A DNA stretch of 64,000 nucleotides, taken from positions 36,766,001-36,830,000 of the forward strand of contig CAIIXF020000001.1 in assembly GCA_903813345.2 (NCBI GenBank). Reading direction: 5' to 3'. Position 1 is the stretch's first letter. Each line of letters opens with the position of its first letter. The notes beneath the pieces are model-generated. The model ran no database searches, had not been told where the DNA came from, and saw nothing but the letters and a program-made list of their open reading frames with translations. The DNA is from Owenia fusiformis. Lineage: Eukaryota. The position numbers were made by a program, and so were the translations under genes. Shown one piece after another: positions 24,801-39,800 of this stretch.

Positions 24801-27800
24801 ATATATTCTTATAGATTTTAGTGTTGTCAGATGATTTGTGATGTGTTTTAGATATTGATGCATGATGATGAAACTGCCTATTGTATAATGGAATTTCATC
24901 ATTCATCTCAAAGCAGACCTCTTTCAAGCATTGCAATCAAAGAATTGAGCATTTTGCCAACTAATCTCCAACGTTAATTATAATTTTTTCTAGAGCTTGA
25001 CATAAATCGTAAGCATCCTAGATCAGGGAGATCAGATCGGCCAAGCGTAACCGTGACATCACCAGGATCTCCAGGTCCAGGAAAGACAAGAGCTCACTCT
25101 CCGAATGTGGCGGGCAAACTGCAGGTGAAGTTATGCTATGATGGACCAAACTACCAGCTTATCGTCACAATATTACGTGCAGAAGATCTTCCACACCTAC
25201 ACCCGCATCAACCTAGCAATCTGTTCTGTAAACTATATCTGCTACCAGACAGAAGGTAAAGTCATTTGACAACATACAAAAATTGTGAATCTGTCACTCT
25301 GTTTCCTTTTACTCTATCACTTCTTAGCAGTATTGGATACATGCAGTATACCATTGCAGCTATACAATGGGCAGGATTTTATTGCTTAGCTGTCAGTGCT
25401 GCCATCTTTAAGACAAACTGAATGTAATATTCCATTGTAAATCATTTATGAGTTTGTGAATTCTGGTGAATCATAGAGTGTCTGCTAATATTGCATGACT
25501 GCTGAGTATATTTGACACAGTACAAGAGGGAGAGGAAAATGGAATGAACTCTTGATGTTTTCAGAGATTCATGAAGAATTTGTGAAGTGGTGGTTTTCAT
25601 AACATCAGAGGCAGTGTCTTAAGATGTTGTTAGATAACTTTAAAAATATATAGAAACTTGAATTCATATTCAAAAAACTGGGAACATCCAATTTATTTCA
25701 ATTTTCTTTCCCTCATGTGGTACCATAGCTCACAAGTTCAGCAGCCACACATAATTAAAGCAGCCCCTGTGTATATTATTATTTTCTCGAAATGTTAATT
25801 CACCAAAAATGTGATTTCGTTTACAGCGAGAAGAGTCGCAGGAAAACGAAGGGCATATCTGAGACCACTAACCCCAGGTGGCACCAGTCCTTCATCTACT
25901 CACCCATCAATAATAACGAGCTGTTACAACGCATCCTTGAAATAACCGTCTGGAATTATGATCGCAACTTGGGCGGGGAATACCTGGGAGAGGTAAGTGG
26001 TGACTTTGATTTGCAGGGGCATAGTCAACAAATTTCAAGGGGGGTGCGACTTTATGGGTTTGCATCACTGCCTTTGCGTGAATTTGCTATAATTTAGTGT
26101 TATTATCAAAGTATGGTCAAATTCTGATGTCTCCAATGTCTGTCTTTTATTATCTGCAAATCAAGTTTAGAGTAGATGGTAAATATGCGATCACATCCAT
26201 CGCACCCCCTGGTTATGCCAATGATTTGTATGTTATATGTATGTCACACTCTTGGAGTCATTCAGAGTTTACATAGTTCTTGTACAATGATCATGTAAAT
26301 GTTGAACATTTATGATTATCAAACAACATAAGAACCAATCAGTATCCATTTTCAGTGGTGTCAACTTATTTAAGCTGCATTTAAGGTGCATTTTCACATA
26401 GGAATGGCTTTATGGGTGTGTGTATGCAACAAGTGTTGTTGAGATATTTAGTTGTACTCGTAGAACTATTGTTATACAGGTATTATATGTCTCCTGTAAT
26501 AGTAATACATACCAGCATAATCACTAATTTCTAACCCTTAAAATGGATCTTAATCTCTTGGCCGAGTTTCAAAATAGTTTTAAGTTCTGTAATATATGAG
26601 TTATTAAAAACATTCTGAAGTTATTGGTTGAACCTACTAAGACACCCTCCAGTGTCTAGTCTGCAACAGCAATGTCTAGGCTTTAATAAGGAGAAAGGTG
26701 AAATCTAAGCTTATTGTAGAAGAAACTTAATTGGAATCACTCTGTGATTATGTGATCACTGCATGTGATAAAGGTGAAATTATACACACCTTTACTCATC
26801 AAGTCATGCTTGGAAATTCATTCTACTATCACGATTTCAAGATTAATTTTCAGCCTTGTATGATACATGTCTGTTCAATCTAGTTTACAGGAAGTCATAT
26901 GTAATATATAGGCCAATGCATTAAACTAACAAGCTCATGATATATTAGCATTCATTACCTTTAATGTCAGAATCATTATGTTAGAGGGGTTATCCTTATT
27001 CAATAAGATGTAATGGCTATTTGCAAAGGAAGCTTTGGAATTTTATTGAAATATTCTGAACCTGAACAGAGTGTTGCACCCTCTTTTGCATTTGGGTTCA
27101 TGATATTCATCTGGTCTTGAGTAGTTGGAATCTCAGAGTTGATTCTCCCATAATTTTCATGGGACAATCACTTAGGCAGTACAAGACTTGTAGGCTATAT
27201 TAAAGGGATTGTATTACATACCTAAAGAAGCATTTGTATGGAAGGCAATGGGAAAGTAAACGGGCTATATCCACCAATATTGCCCTTTTTCTTTTATAAC
27301 CCTGATGCTATCATGGCGTCATGTTTCATTTCCATCAGATTCTACCCACACACAGATATGTGTGACGTCCTTGATCCAAAGTACCCAGTGGAATAAAAGG
27401 GATGTAATACATCAGTTATGTCCATGTGACGTGAAATATGCCTTCTTTTTTGCCCAACTGTAGAGCCTCCAAAGGTTGGCCTTTATTAGCCAAACATCTT
27501 TCAAGTAATAGTGATTATAGTGTAACCTCTAAATATAATATCTGTACTTGTTATTATCATTAATATCAATTAAATATTTTTAAATCATAATCATATGTAA
27601 CTTTCTCAAACAATAGACTTGGTCATAGATCTCCTTATCTCGCGATTCCAGGAAAACCACTTTAATGGAATTGCTTCAAATTTTTACATGTTACATGGTA
27701 AGAAGTTCTAGAGCTGATTAATTTTTCAGCTGCCATCTTGCTTTCTGGGTCAACAAGCCCACATTGCTATATTTTAGGTACAATATTGTTCCCCTTGTGC

Positions 27801-30800
27801 CCTGTTTCATAATTCATATTTTCAGAAAAGAAGATTTTTGTGAATGTAGATTGTAAGTTACATATCATTATGTATACAGTTACAGTATTTAAGAGTTATA
27901 CTCGAATGATATTACAGCCATTAGCTCTTTAAATGTTACTGTAATATAGAGTGTCCCAAACACAGAGTCAATTTTAGATGCTCCACTTATCATTTACATG
28001 AAATAATCACAAAGAGGAAGTCAGACTAGGTTGGCCATATTGCTAAATGTTTCTGGAATAAAAAGTAGGCAGAATTTAGTTTAAAAAAAGAAGGTCAGAC
28101 TAGGTCGGCTGTATTGGTAAATGTTTCTGGAATAAAAAGTAGGCAGAATTTAGTTAAAAAAAAGAAGTCCGACTAGGTCGGCTGTATTGGTAAATGTTTC
28201 TGGAATAAAAAGTAGGCAGAATTTAGTTTAAAAAAAGAAGTCTGACTAGGTCAGCTATATTGGTAAATGTTTCTGGAATAAAAAGTAGGCATAATTTAGT
28301 TACTGTGACATTGTCAGGTGGTAGGATTCTCTACAGTATCACCATTGAGTGTATTGATCTAATATTCAAATATTTCATACTATGTTCATCTTTCAATGAT
28401 TCTAGCAAGATGTATTCTTCGAAGCCCGAAGGCTATTTAATTATTTCCTTCATCCACATTATTTGAAATACTGTGTTCTGATTAGCTGGACTTTGACACG
28501 CCTTACCTAGCTATGTGTGAACGCCTCTCAATCCCCCATTCACCTCCTCCCTAAAATGGGGATCAAAATATTGTCTGACTTTTGCTAATCTGGCGAGCGT
28601 CACATAAATCAAATCTTGTCATCAAAATCCCTGTTATACCAGTTACCTGTTTGAAATTTTTACTGATGCAAGAGCAGACTTGTGCCAAAATCTGCAAATA
28701 ACTACTCTATTTTCCAAAAATTGACACAGCAAAAATTTAATTTAAAACAAATTTGTGGTGTCTCACATATTTAAAACAAAATGCCAGCTTTGGTTAATGA
28801 ATAATGTATCTTATTTTAATGTAGCTAGTTAGTCAAAATATATTGATTCACTACGATCAGAAAATATATTTGTATAAATGTATTGAAATGCTTTCTTAGT
28901 ATCCAGACATAAATCAAATCTGAAAATGTGTTATGGGATCTCTAATTAATATCAAAGAGAGTGTTGTGGAAAAAAGTCTTTGTATAGTGAATGCTTTTTA
29001 TAAGTGTTCTCTGTGTTCCTTGTAACATTCTCCTAATGAACTGGTTGGCAAAGTACATGTTTTTGCACTTAGTCACTTCTTTATGCTTTGTTGTACGACT
29101 TGTTTAGATTTTACATGTAGTAGTAGTGTTTAATAATGTTTTCATCAATTTTAAAATCAATTTTTTGTATGTCTTACACTTGCCTTAGACCTCCTGGTTG
29201 CATTTAGCAAGTTTGCCATTCTCAGGGAAAACCATTTCTCTGACTTGGTCACTGAATTTCAGATTTATCTCAAAAATTGCAAAAAAATTCTAGATTTCTG
29301 AAAAAGTCGCGGAAATGAGAATTTTAAGTGAGTGTATTTTTTGAAAAGTTGAAAATAACACCACAACTGAAAAGATACATGGAATGAGGAAATTATAATT
29401 AAAATGTTTGAAACTTTGAAACACAATGAATGAACAACTTTGTTTTTTACTATTGAGTAGGGATACCTTATAAAATGTAAGGTAAAGTAAACAATAGCCA
29501 TAATTTTTTATCACAATAGGCCCTTACCTTTCTATGTGGGTTATGTTATGTTTTAAGCTACATGTAACTGAAGTTAAGTCTTATGAAGTAAAATAACGGA
29601 AATGTCAGAATAATGAATTTTACCATCCATTCATATTGATATAGGTCTTTCATTTAGATTGTTTGTACAGACACATTTTATTGCTATATCGACGCTGTAT
29701 TTCCTAATATCCTACTACACAGGATTTATTCTACTTACGTGATGCAAGAATATTAGGAAAGCCCCCAAAATATTATTTCTTAAATTTTGACCAATCAGAA
29801 TGCAACAAATGTACAAATACATCCTGTGACATCAATGGGTGACGCAAATGTTAGATGCTATTTTGAGGACCGACTTGAATGTATAGATTTTGAATTGATC
29901 TTAGATAATGAAACTAATTAATTATAGGCTGTAGTCCTGTAGAAATATATGTGTATTATTACAATGTCTTATAGATTAGGTGTTTGCTTGATTTATTGCT
30001 TCAATTTACATGTTCCATGTTAAGATGTAATATTAGAATCTTTAACCACACACAATATCCTGTAAATGAAAAATCACCCCTAAATAAGAAAATACTATCC
30101 CACGTGAAATCTACCTGATTTTGTATTTTTGAAATGCCTGTACAATTGAGAGAATCATTCCCACACAATTTATTATAATTTTCGTATTTTTTCAATTTCC
30201 TGTTTGATTTTGGACTGTTCATTTACAAAAAGGGGTCTTTAAATTACCACATGAACTATAAAGCAGATATGCCATGTATCAATAGTTTAACTTTTTGGCC
30301 TTGTCTGCCCTTGATGCTTCATTGCTTTATATTGAAATAATGAGAGATTTTTATAGAATATGATAAGCATTGTATTGTCATCAATACTACACCCACCTTT
30401 GTTGGTCTAGTTATTCAGACTAAAAACCTTCGTCTTGTATTTCTTTATGGTGAATACAATCTCAATATCAAATGTAATACTTACCTGGCTTCATAAGGCT
30501 TAGATTAAAGTACATCTATATGTTTCTTATGAGGGCAAGATAAGCATTCAAACTGAGAGAAAAGCATGTTATAAAAGGTCTTGTAATTTCATTTAGCTAG
30601 AAAATGTAATAAAAACAGTATTGGGGCAGAGAAACATTTTGATAAAATTCTAGAAAACTTAAGAGAAAATAAAAAAGAGCTACTATTTGACTGACTCTTT
30701 TGATTTGTTATCCCATTGAACGGCCTTTACTCGTTATTTCACGATTTTTGCTGTAACTCGAAAAGTAGTGGACCGATTTTGTTCATCTTTGGTATGTGAA

Positions 30801-33800
30801 TACTATAAGCATGGCACACTCTATAAAGACACTTTTGGTAGAAGGCAGCCATTTTTGAAAATGACCGCCATTTTAACTTATTTAACTATAACTCGAAAAG
30901 TAGTAGAGCGATTTTGTTCATATTTGGTATGTGAATACTATAAGCATGGCACACTATTTAAAGACACTTTTTGTAGAAGGTGGCCCTTTTTTAAAAATGG
31001 CTGCCATTTTTGCTATATACTTTGTTTGTAAATATGACAGCCATGGCTGTTCGATGGGATTTGCTACGCTTTGGCATTGCTGTTGTCTAGATATTTTAGA
31101 GTTTTGCTTCAGTTCAAAAAGAGATTTGTGATATACCATATAACGGATGAAATGTCTTTACACATGTAGTTATATTCAAAATCAGATCCTGTTTATCGTT
31201 ATGGCAATCCTATATAGTGAAATACATATTTACTTAAATAAAACTGAATAAAATGTTTAAATTTTCAATCCTGGCATTTTTTTTAAATTATCAAAGAATA
31301 AACAAGTGCTTCATTGTATTTCCCAATACATGTACATGTAAAATGTATATTTATCCCATTGAACGAAGTTTGGAGGGATATAGGGAACGCCTCCGTCCGT
31401 CTGTCCGTCCGGGCAATAACTCAAATACAGTTGGCTCGGTTTTGTACACATATACCCTATGGGGGTAGAAGTTCTGCTTGAAAGCCGATTTTCAAAATGG
31501 CAGTTTATTTAAAAATGGCAGCCACTTTAGTGCCGATTTACAGTAATTTAGGTGTAATATGTAAAACTGTAATAGCAGTATGTTTTAAATGTAAAAAAAT
31601 TATATAGGACATTATAAAAGCTAGAAATAAGAGGAGGGAAAGCCCCAGTGTTTAAAGATGACAGACATAATTACCTCTCTTGCTTACCACCTTCGTTCGT
31701 TCGAATTTTCATCGGCTAGTTATCAAATATTACACTTCGATGGGATGTTTTAATTGACATAGGCATATTCCGTACACCTTTCCTTATCTTGATGTGAAAT
31801 GAGAAGCTATCATAATGATTAACACGCCAGAAATGAACATAATATTATTCGAAGCATATTTCGAAAATTTTGAAACCGCCATTAATGACGTCATTTGTTT
31901 GTCGACTTTTGACCAATCAGCAACGATGTCATCTCAATACAGATTTACATTATAAGCGTATGTCATCTTTGAACCCTGGTGTTTCTCCCCTCTGCTAGAA
32001 ATGTAGATATTTAAGAAGCACATGGCAGCCATCTTGAAAAATGGCGGCCTTTACTCGTTATTTTATGATTTTGCTGTAATTTGAAAAGTAGTGGAGCGAT
32101 TTTGTTCATATTTGGTATGTGAATACTATAAGCATGGCACACTGTCTAATGACACTTTTGGTAGAAGGCGGCCATTTTGAGAAATGGCTGCCATTTTGAA
32201 AAATGGCTGCCATTTTAATGTATTTTACTATAACTCGAAAAGTAGTGGAGCGATTTTGTTCATATTTGGTATGTGAATATTATAAGCATGGCACACTGTC
32301 TAATGACATTTTGAAAAATGGCCGCCATTTTAACATATTTTACTATAACTTGAAAAGTAGTGGAGCGATTTTGTTCATATTTGGTGTGTGAATACTATAA
32401 GCATGGCACACTGTCTAAAGACACTTTTTGTAGAGGGTGGCCACTTTTGCTATATACTTGTAAATATGCCAGCCATGGCTGTTCGATGGGATTTGTTACG
32501 CTTTGGCGTTGCTGTTGTCTAGTTATTTTATTAGAGTTTTGCTTAAGTTCAAAAAGAGATATGTGATATACCATATAACGGATGAAATGTCTTTACACAT
32601 GTAGTTATATTCAAAATCAGATCCTGTTTATCGTTATGGCAATCCTATATAGTGAAATACATATTTACTTAAATAAAACTGAATAAAATGTTTAAATTTT
32701 CAATCCTGGCATTTTTTTAATTTATCAAAAAATAAACAAGTGCTTCATTGTATTTCCCAATATAAGAAAAAATAGTATGCAGTTATTGTGGAATTTTCAC
32801 GTGGCATCTATGGATTGTTTTAATGAATCAAGTAGTTCACTGCACTTAGTATGAAATGAAATGTGTTCAGTATGTCTGCAACCATATTCATCTCTATGGG
32901 AACATGTTCCCACATATTTTAGTACTGAGAATTTTTTGTAATTTGTTAAATTGATAATTCCTCGATTTGTATTGAACGTGTTAACTAAAATCCCAGTTTA
33001 TTGTTTCCTCTGAGAGGCTGGGTATATAGTACAGCCCACAGGGGAAATCAATTAATTGTAAATTACATGTATTTTCTAGTCATTACACATTATATGCGTA
33101 CACCACATTTATTTGATCTATGATATACAAACTATAGCCTTCATCAAGTCATATTTGTAACTGTGGAGTCAGTTTCCTTCCAAATTTGACATTTTACCTT
33201 GATCATTCTATTCTATAATTCCATAACTTCAACCTTGGCACATCCCATCATGTATTTACTATTGCCCGTTATGAAAGCAACATCTTCAAATGGTTAGTTT
33301 TTTGCTATTATTTGAATAATGGCCACCCACTCATCTCATGCTATAGGTGAACTGTGCATGGAGAGAGAAATTGAGAATGTCAAGACTATATGGGTATTAA
33401 ATGACACTACTGTGCAGCTGCTGGTTATGAATTAAAACTGAAGGTATGGGGGTGTAAGTTGGTAGGTGGGTGGGGGTTATCAGGCCTAGAACATCACACT
33501 TAATAGAATGGATTTAAACGCATCGTGATTATTTCATGCTTCAGTCATGTCATGGAATTCTGATCTTGTGTCAGATTATTAAATGATTACATCTAAAATA
33601 CAATCACTTCATCTTCAGGAGTTCACAGTTACTTCATCTTCGGGAGTTCTATCACTTAGGAAGTCAACAGCTTCAAGCAACTAGTAAAATTCTAGAAAAA
33701 TTAGGATTGAAATTAATGAGATGAATTTTTTTGATTCATTATGAGTCACAGTAAACACCCATCTTCTCAACAGGAGTTATTTTCTTGGAAATATTCTTCA

Positions 33801-36800
33801 AGACAGGAATGCTGAAAATGGATTCTAACATTTAAAAGCAACCAGTGTTCAACTTTTATACTGGCTACTATGGAAACTGACTCCTCCGATGATGAGGATC
33901 GCTATAAATGCAAAGTGGTAGGCATTTCTATAAATACTCATTGAACTGTCAACAGTCTAGTTGCAAGTAGAAATAATCTTGATTTTCATCGTTATATACT
34001 CAAATTCAGTCAAAATCAAAATTGAATCTATAAATGTGGTTTTAAAAATTGCTGATCAACTTTGAAATTTTTATTTTCTTTGAAATTCTAATTTCTATGT
34101 TGGGAAGATTCCTAGAGAGCCCATGTCATAAAATCATCAATACTGCAACAACATACATTCTTTAACTGAACAGATAATAATTTTATTTATGGAAGATATT
34201 TTAAATTATATAATTATTAAACTCGAAATTGATTCACTAAATCTACTTATTATCTAAGTCTTTTCGAAGGTTTTTCTGTGTCTGCGATGGGCTGCCATGT
34301 AATCAGACCCAAATCAACCTCCTAGTGCTGAAACTAGTAACTATCTATAAGCAACTAGGTAATTTCTTTTTTAATGTAACAGCATCCTTTAACTTTTATC
34401 TGGATTTTTTCTTTGACTATTTTTTCTTAACAGAGATACTCCCAGCTCATAGTAAATGTTAACTGATATATAAAAATGTGAGAAATAATGTATATTAAGT
34501 AGCTGACTCAGACTTTCTTGACTTTGGGAGGGAAGACAAAAATCATGCTCTTAAACTTTAGTTACTCAAACATAATTTTGTTTTATAAGGGAAATTGGGG
34601 GCGGACAAACCGGATGTATTATAAACAGAATTCTTCACCTTTAATCTTTTTTAAACTGATCCTTTTTTTTACTATTGTGTAAACACTAGGCTTTTAGTAT
34701 GTATATTTGATCAAAAATTACATTTACTATTCATTATTAAAACAATCCACAGAATCATGTTTCTGTGAAATAAACATTATTATCATTTGAATGATTTACG
34801 ATTAACACATGTTTTAGACTTTGGAAGGGCGGTTACAGGGTAGGCCAAAAATGTATAAACAATATAATAAATATCTTATGAAGTTTAAATTGACCTATAA
34901 ATTATGAAATCTGACTTGCGTTTACTCGTCACTTGTAATTTTAAAGATTTGAATTCAGAATTATACATTTATATATGTATAAACTGAATGTGTTTTGAAT
35001 AAAACCCCAAATCATTTATTTTTATATTATATTATGTGAGACACCGAAGGTAATTAATTATCCATGTATGGTACTATACAGTAGTTTATACATTCTATTT
35101 AAGAATAAACAAAAATGAATATTTTCTTATTATAACCTAGATGCAAGTAGGTAGTAGGTAGTTCTGTATTTACCAGTTTCATCACTGCTAATTTGGGCCA
35201 GATAACATGGCAGATATATTTGAAAGTTCCATTAACTTGGATATTCATCAGTTTTAACGGATCAATTTTCATATTACCCCAATGTTCCTTATAATTATAG
35301 AAATGAAAATATGTCCAGTAAAACAAAATATTATCTGTCCAATAAAAGAAGATTTTCACTTTTTGTGATTTAATATATATCTTTTATTGACTCTTTAGAT
35401 GTCATATCATGACATATTAGTCACTCAGGTAGAGCAGTTCTTCCCATTGTCGAGTTGAAGAACTGGTATCTTTATCCTGGCTAGAACCATAGACAATTCT
35501 AGCCAGCGCCAGCCTTTTATCGAGTTAGCAGCACTCTAGTAATCGCCGGTTTAACATGGGGTCTATTGGCAATCTCTCTGAACAAGATGTCACATTTTCA
35601 AAGAAAATTAAAATGTCAAAATTGATAAACAGTTTTTAAAACCACATTTCTAGAAGTGATTTTACATATTGATTTCAAATATGATATCACTTTGACTGAA
35701 TTTTAGTTATTTAATGATGTAAAAAATTAAGATTATTTCTACTAGCATCTAGTCTATTATTATATTACTATAACATTATTATTACAAAACCTCTAGTTCG
35801 TAGAATAAAATGAGAATATAATCGTTTCAAAGAGAAAATATTTAATCCTTCTGAAGCATTCATTATGATATCAAAGTCTATGGAGAGTGCTCCACAAGAA
35901 TAGTTGCTGAGGTCATGACGACCATGTAATATTATAAAAGTAAAGCTGACTTAGTTAAGCTGTATCATGCTCCAACTATTAAAGTTATTATCTTTTTGTA
36001 TAATTAATTTCCTTTTTGTTCTTTTGTTCTGAAAAGTCAGGTATTTGTTATCAATGAATTTATGTTCCATTTGTCAAGTATTGTATTCCTTAGTAAATTA
36101 TTTATCTTAATAATACAGACCTTGAGATTGTTCTAAGAAGCAATAACTGTTTGTGAAATTTGATGTGCACACAGTTATACATGATTTTACAAATGTCTAC
36201 TAAAAAAACAATATAATACCAACTGACAAACTTCTATTGATGATGATCAGAGTGTATTGCAGAATCTGTATCCCATGACATGAAAATTCAGTATATTTAC
36301 GTCATATGGGCCATTCAGATTTCTAGTAATTTCATTCTCATTGAATAAATTACAGTATTATAAAATAGAATGGCTCATACTTTTCAGAGAGGCTAATATG
36401 TTGAAAAAAGATAAACCGCCTTGGCTTATATTTCAGCTTATCTAGATATCTGGGAATATACCATCAGGGACATATGAATCAAAGACCTATTTATGCCATG
36501 ATGGAATCATTGTCAACAACCTGATTGGTCCATAGGTTACTGAATCTATATTCCATGATTACATAATGTGATTGTGTACTATTGAATCAAATTGATGATT
36601 TAAGATTAAAAAAACAATAAAAGTTATTGACTTATACAATTAATCTACAACTCATCATTAGATCTATATATTGATAGAGGTTTCGAAAAGTGATGAGGCA
36701 AATGCCTCGTCTGCCCCATCCTGGTTATGCTACCGCCATGTGCTTTCTAGGCCTTATAGATTTTCTCAGACTGCTGACACAATATCAAGGGAGAAATATT

Positions 36801-39800
36801 TAGTCTGCTTCCAATGTTTATCATGTTTGTTTGCATTATACAATACAGTAATCATAGGATCAGCTACAGTGTTTACTTTGAAAAGGTGTTTACATTTAGA
36901 GGTGTTTATATTCAGGGGTACTTATATTTAGAGGTGTTTATATTAAAGGTTTTGGAGAACATGGGAATCGACTCATCAAAAGTATGGGCTTTAAAAAAGT
37001 GTTCATATTTCAAGGTATTCAATTTAGAGAGGTGTTCACATGTACAGGTGTTACTGTATTTTATAATATTGCCCTTTGTTTCATGAGAAACAATTAAAAG
37101 TATACAAGGTCAATCCTTAGCGATTAATTTCCTATTTTCTATTCTCAGTATATTGACATCTAATTGAACTCATTTATTACTATTCTGTATTAGACAAAGC
37201 CAGTAGGGAACACGTATCAAGTGTAATGTCAGGAGTTTCTTGTTTCAGAAAGTAGGTTAATCAAGTAGGTATCTGTATCACCCCCTCATTTAAGTGCTAT
37301 TTGGGCCCTGAAATAGCTGTCAGCTTTAAATGTATTTGGAAATTAATGAGAAAAAAAAACTTTGAGATAATAGAAATGAAATTATACAGGATATGAAACA
37401 AAATCAACATAGGATTTGTATCATGTAAATTATTGTACTTGCATCTGGCTTGGTACATACTTACAATATACCTAAATTACAATAACGGTCGACAAACTAA
37501 AAATTAGCTTGTTTCCCTCATGACGTTTTCAGACCACAAGATCCACTTGTTCATCTACTTTATAATACATAGTGTCTAAGTCTTGCTTACTCTCCCTAAA
37601 GCAAAAAGTAATCAATCATCTTGGTCCAGATTGACTTATTCTCATTTCCTGTTATATATCCCAAAAACTAGATTTCTAGAGTTTTATAAACTCACATCTA
37701 TTCGCACTTTTATGATTGGAACTACATATGTTAACATGATTTTTTGTACATCTAATGCAGGATATAGAAGCACACCTACACATAATATAATTTGTTACAT
37801 TTCTAATAACATTTCAGGGTGTTTTATATGTCTAGCCAGTTATGAAATTCTATGGTTCTAAATAAATCTACTAGTATATGATGAAAAATTGTATACATGT
37901 ATGTTTGGTTGAAAATTGTATATGTATGGTTGAAAAACTGGATATTTTATTATCAGGTTAAAATGAGCAATATACAGTTAGAAGTCATGAATTATTCTTT
38001 TCTAATAAGATTACAGGTATATGTCTAGCCAATTGTGAAATTCTGTGTCAATATATGCATCTGTTTATCATATTATCATGTTAGGATGAGAAATATACTA
38101 AGTCAAAAGTCATGAATTGTTGTTTTTTTCTGAGAGCAATTTCCTGTCATTAAATGAACTAAGCATAAATCCCATCCTGTAATCTTTTCATGAATTGGAC
38201 AATTTGCTGTCTTCTGGCTACCTGTATACATATATCTTTTACTGACTCTTTGATGTCATCACAATGACATATTATTCAGGATAGAGTTCGAAAGAATTAA
38301 CAATTACATTAAGATTTTCTTTATATAATTGCAGGTGGTGATAGATCTATCCACTGCTGATGTAAATGACCAAGCCTACTGGTACCAACTTAGCTATGCC
38401 GACAAACCGTATGAGGCTGCTGACAGAACAAGGGTAGGAAATCTATATTGTATGGGCTAAACTGACTACAACGTTCCCTCTAATAACTTACTTATTACCA
38501 ATAAAAAGTTGGTTATATGTTAAAAGTCAAAATATCTTGATTATATACAGTTGTGTTTTATAATATTATGCTTCAAATGTATCCATTAATTTTCAAGTTC
38601 TCAATGATTACAAATGATTTATTTTAAAATGTGTGAAGGTGATAATGTATTATAAGGAGCATCTATCCATTTCAGTGTTCTTAATCCTTGCAACATTTTT
38701 ATATGATTATTTTTTGGCTAATTACATCCCAAATAATTAGAGTTTATTACATGATAACAGGAAAATGCCATTAGTTAATTGTTATATATGACTAACTTTA
38801 GTACATTCTGCAACCATATAATTGTAAAGTGTGAATTATGAAGTATACACACAAAATGATAAGTTGTTGATTTAATATTAAAAAATTGGGAAATATGTAA
38901 GTCTCAAGTAGCTGGTATTCATTCAGTTGGATGGATCATGAATAATAAAATCCATGGCGTCAACAGATACTATTATAAAAGCTTTACTGTGAATTCATGT
39001 GGCGCAACTGGGATTTATTATCCCAGCGAATGAAGTTCGGAGGGATGTAGGAACACCTCTGTCCGTCCGTCTGTCTATTCGTCCATCCGGGCAATAACTC
39101 AAATACCGTTGGCCCGATTTTGTACATATTTTGTAAACATATACACTATGGGGATAGAAGTTCTGCTCGAAGCCGATTTTCAAAATGGCAACTCATTCAA
39201 AAAGGCGACCATTTTAGTGCTAATTTTACAGCTGTTATAGCAATATGTTTAAAATGTAAAAAAATTATATAGGACATAAATAAAGCTAGAAGTGTAGATC
39301 TTAAAGAAGCACATGGCAGCCATCTTGAAAAATGGCGGCCTTTACTCGCTATTTTACTATTTTTGCTGTAACTCGAAAACTAGAGAGCAATTTTGTTCAT
39401 ATTTGGTATGTGAATACTATAAGCATTGCACACTGTCTGATGACACTTTTGGTAGAAGACGGCCATTTTTCAAAATGATCCTATTTTACTATAACTTGAA
39501 AAGTTAGAAGGTGGTCATTTTGAAAAATGGCTGCCATTTTTTGCTATACATTTTGTTTAAAAAAATGTTCGATGGGATTTGCTATGCTTTGGCGTTGATG
39601 TTGTCTAGTTGAACATGAGGCAGTATTTAACAAAATATTAATTAAACAATTAGATAAACCCCAGTTTGGAACAAAGGATTATGGTTAATGACATTTTGTG
39701 CAAATCTGTTATTATTACGCAACACCTATTATTATTCCAAATAGATTCATACTCATACCATATGAATATGTGCCAGGGCCATTCTCATAATTCTTGAAAT

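Noticed and set aside
30768..32566. Repeated short ORFs (ERFCSYLVCEYYKHGTL)
   Set aside because: Translations of non-coding HINE core repeats; no Rep/helicase motifs
36846..37056. TA|CAGTAA...TTACTG|TA stretch with ~16-bp AGGTGTT repeats
   Set aside because: Probably an old Tc1/pogo MITE, but the terminal match is only about 6 bp
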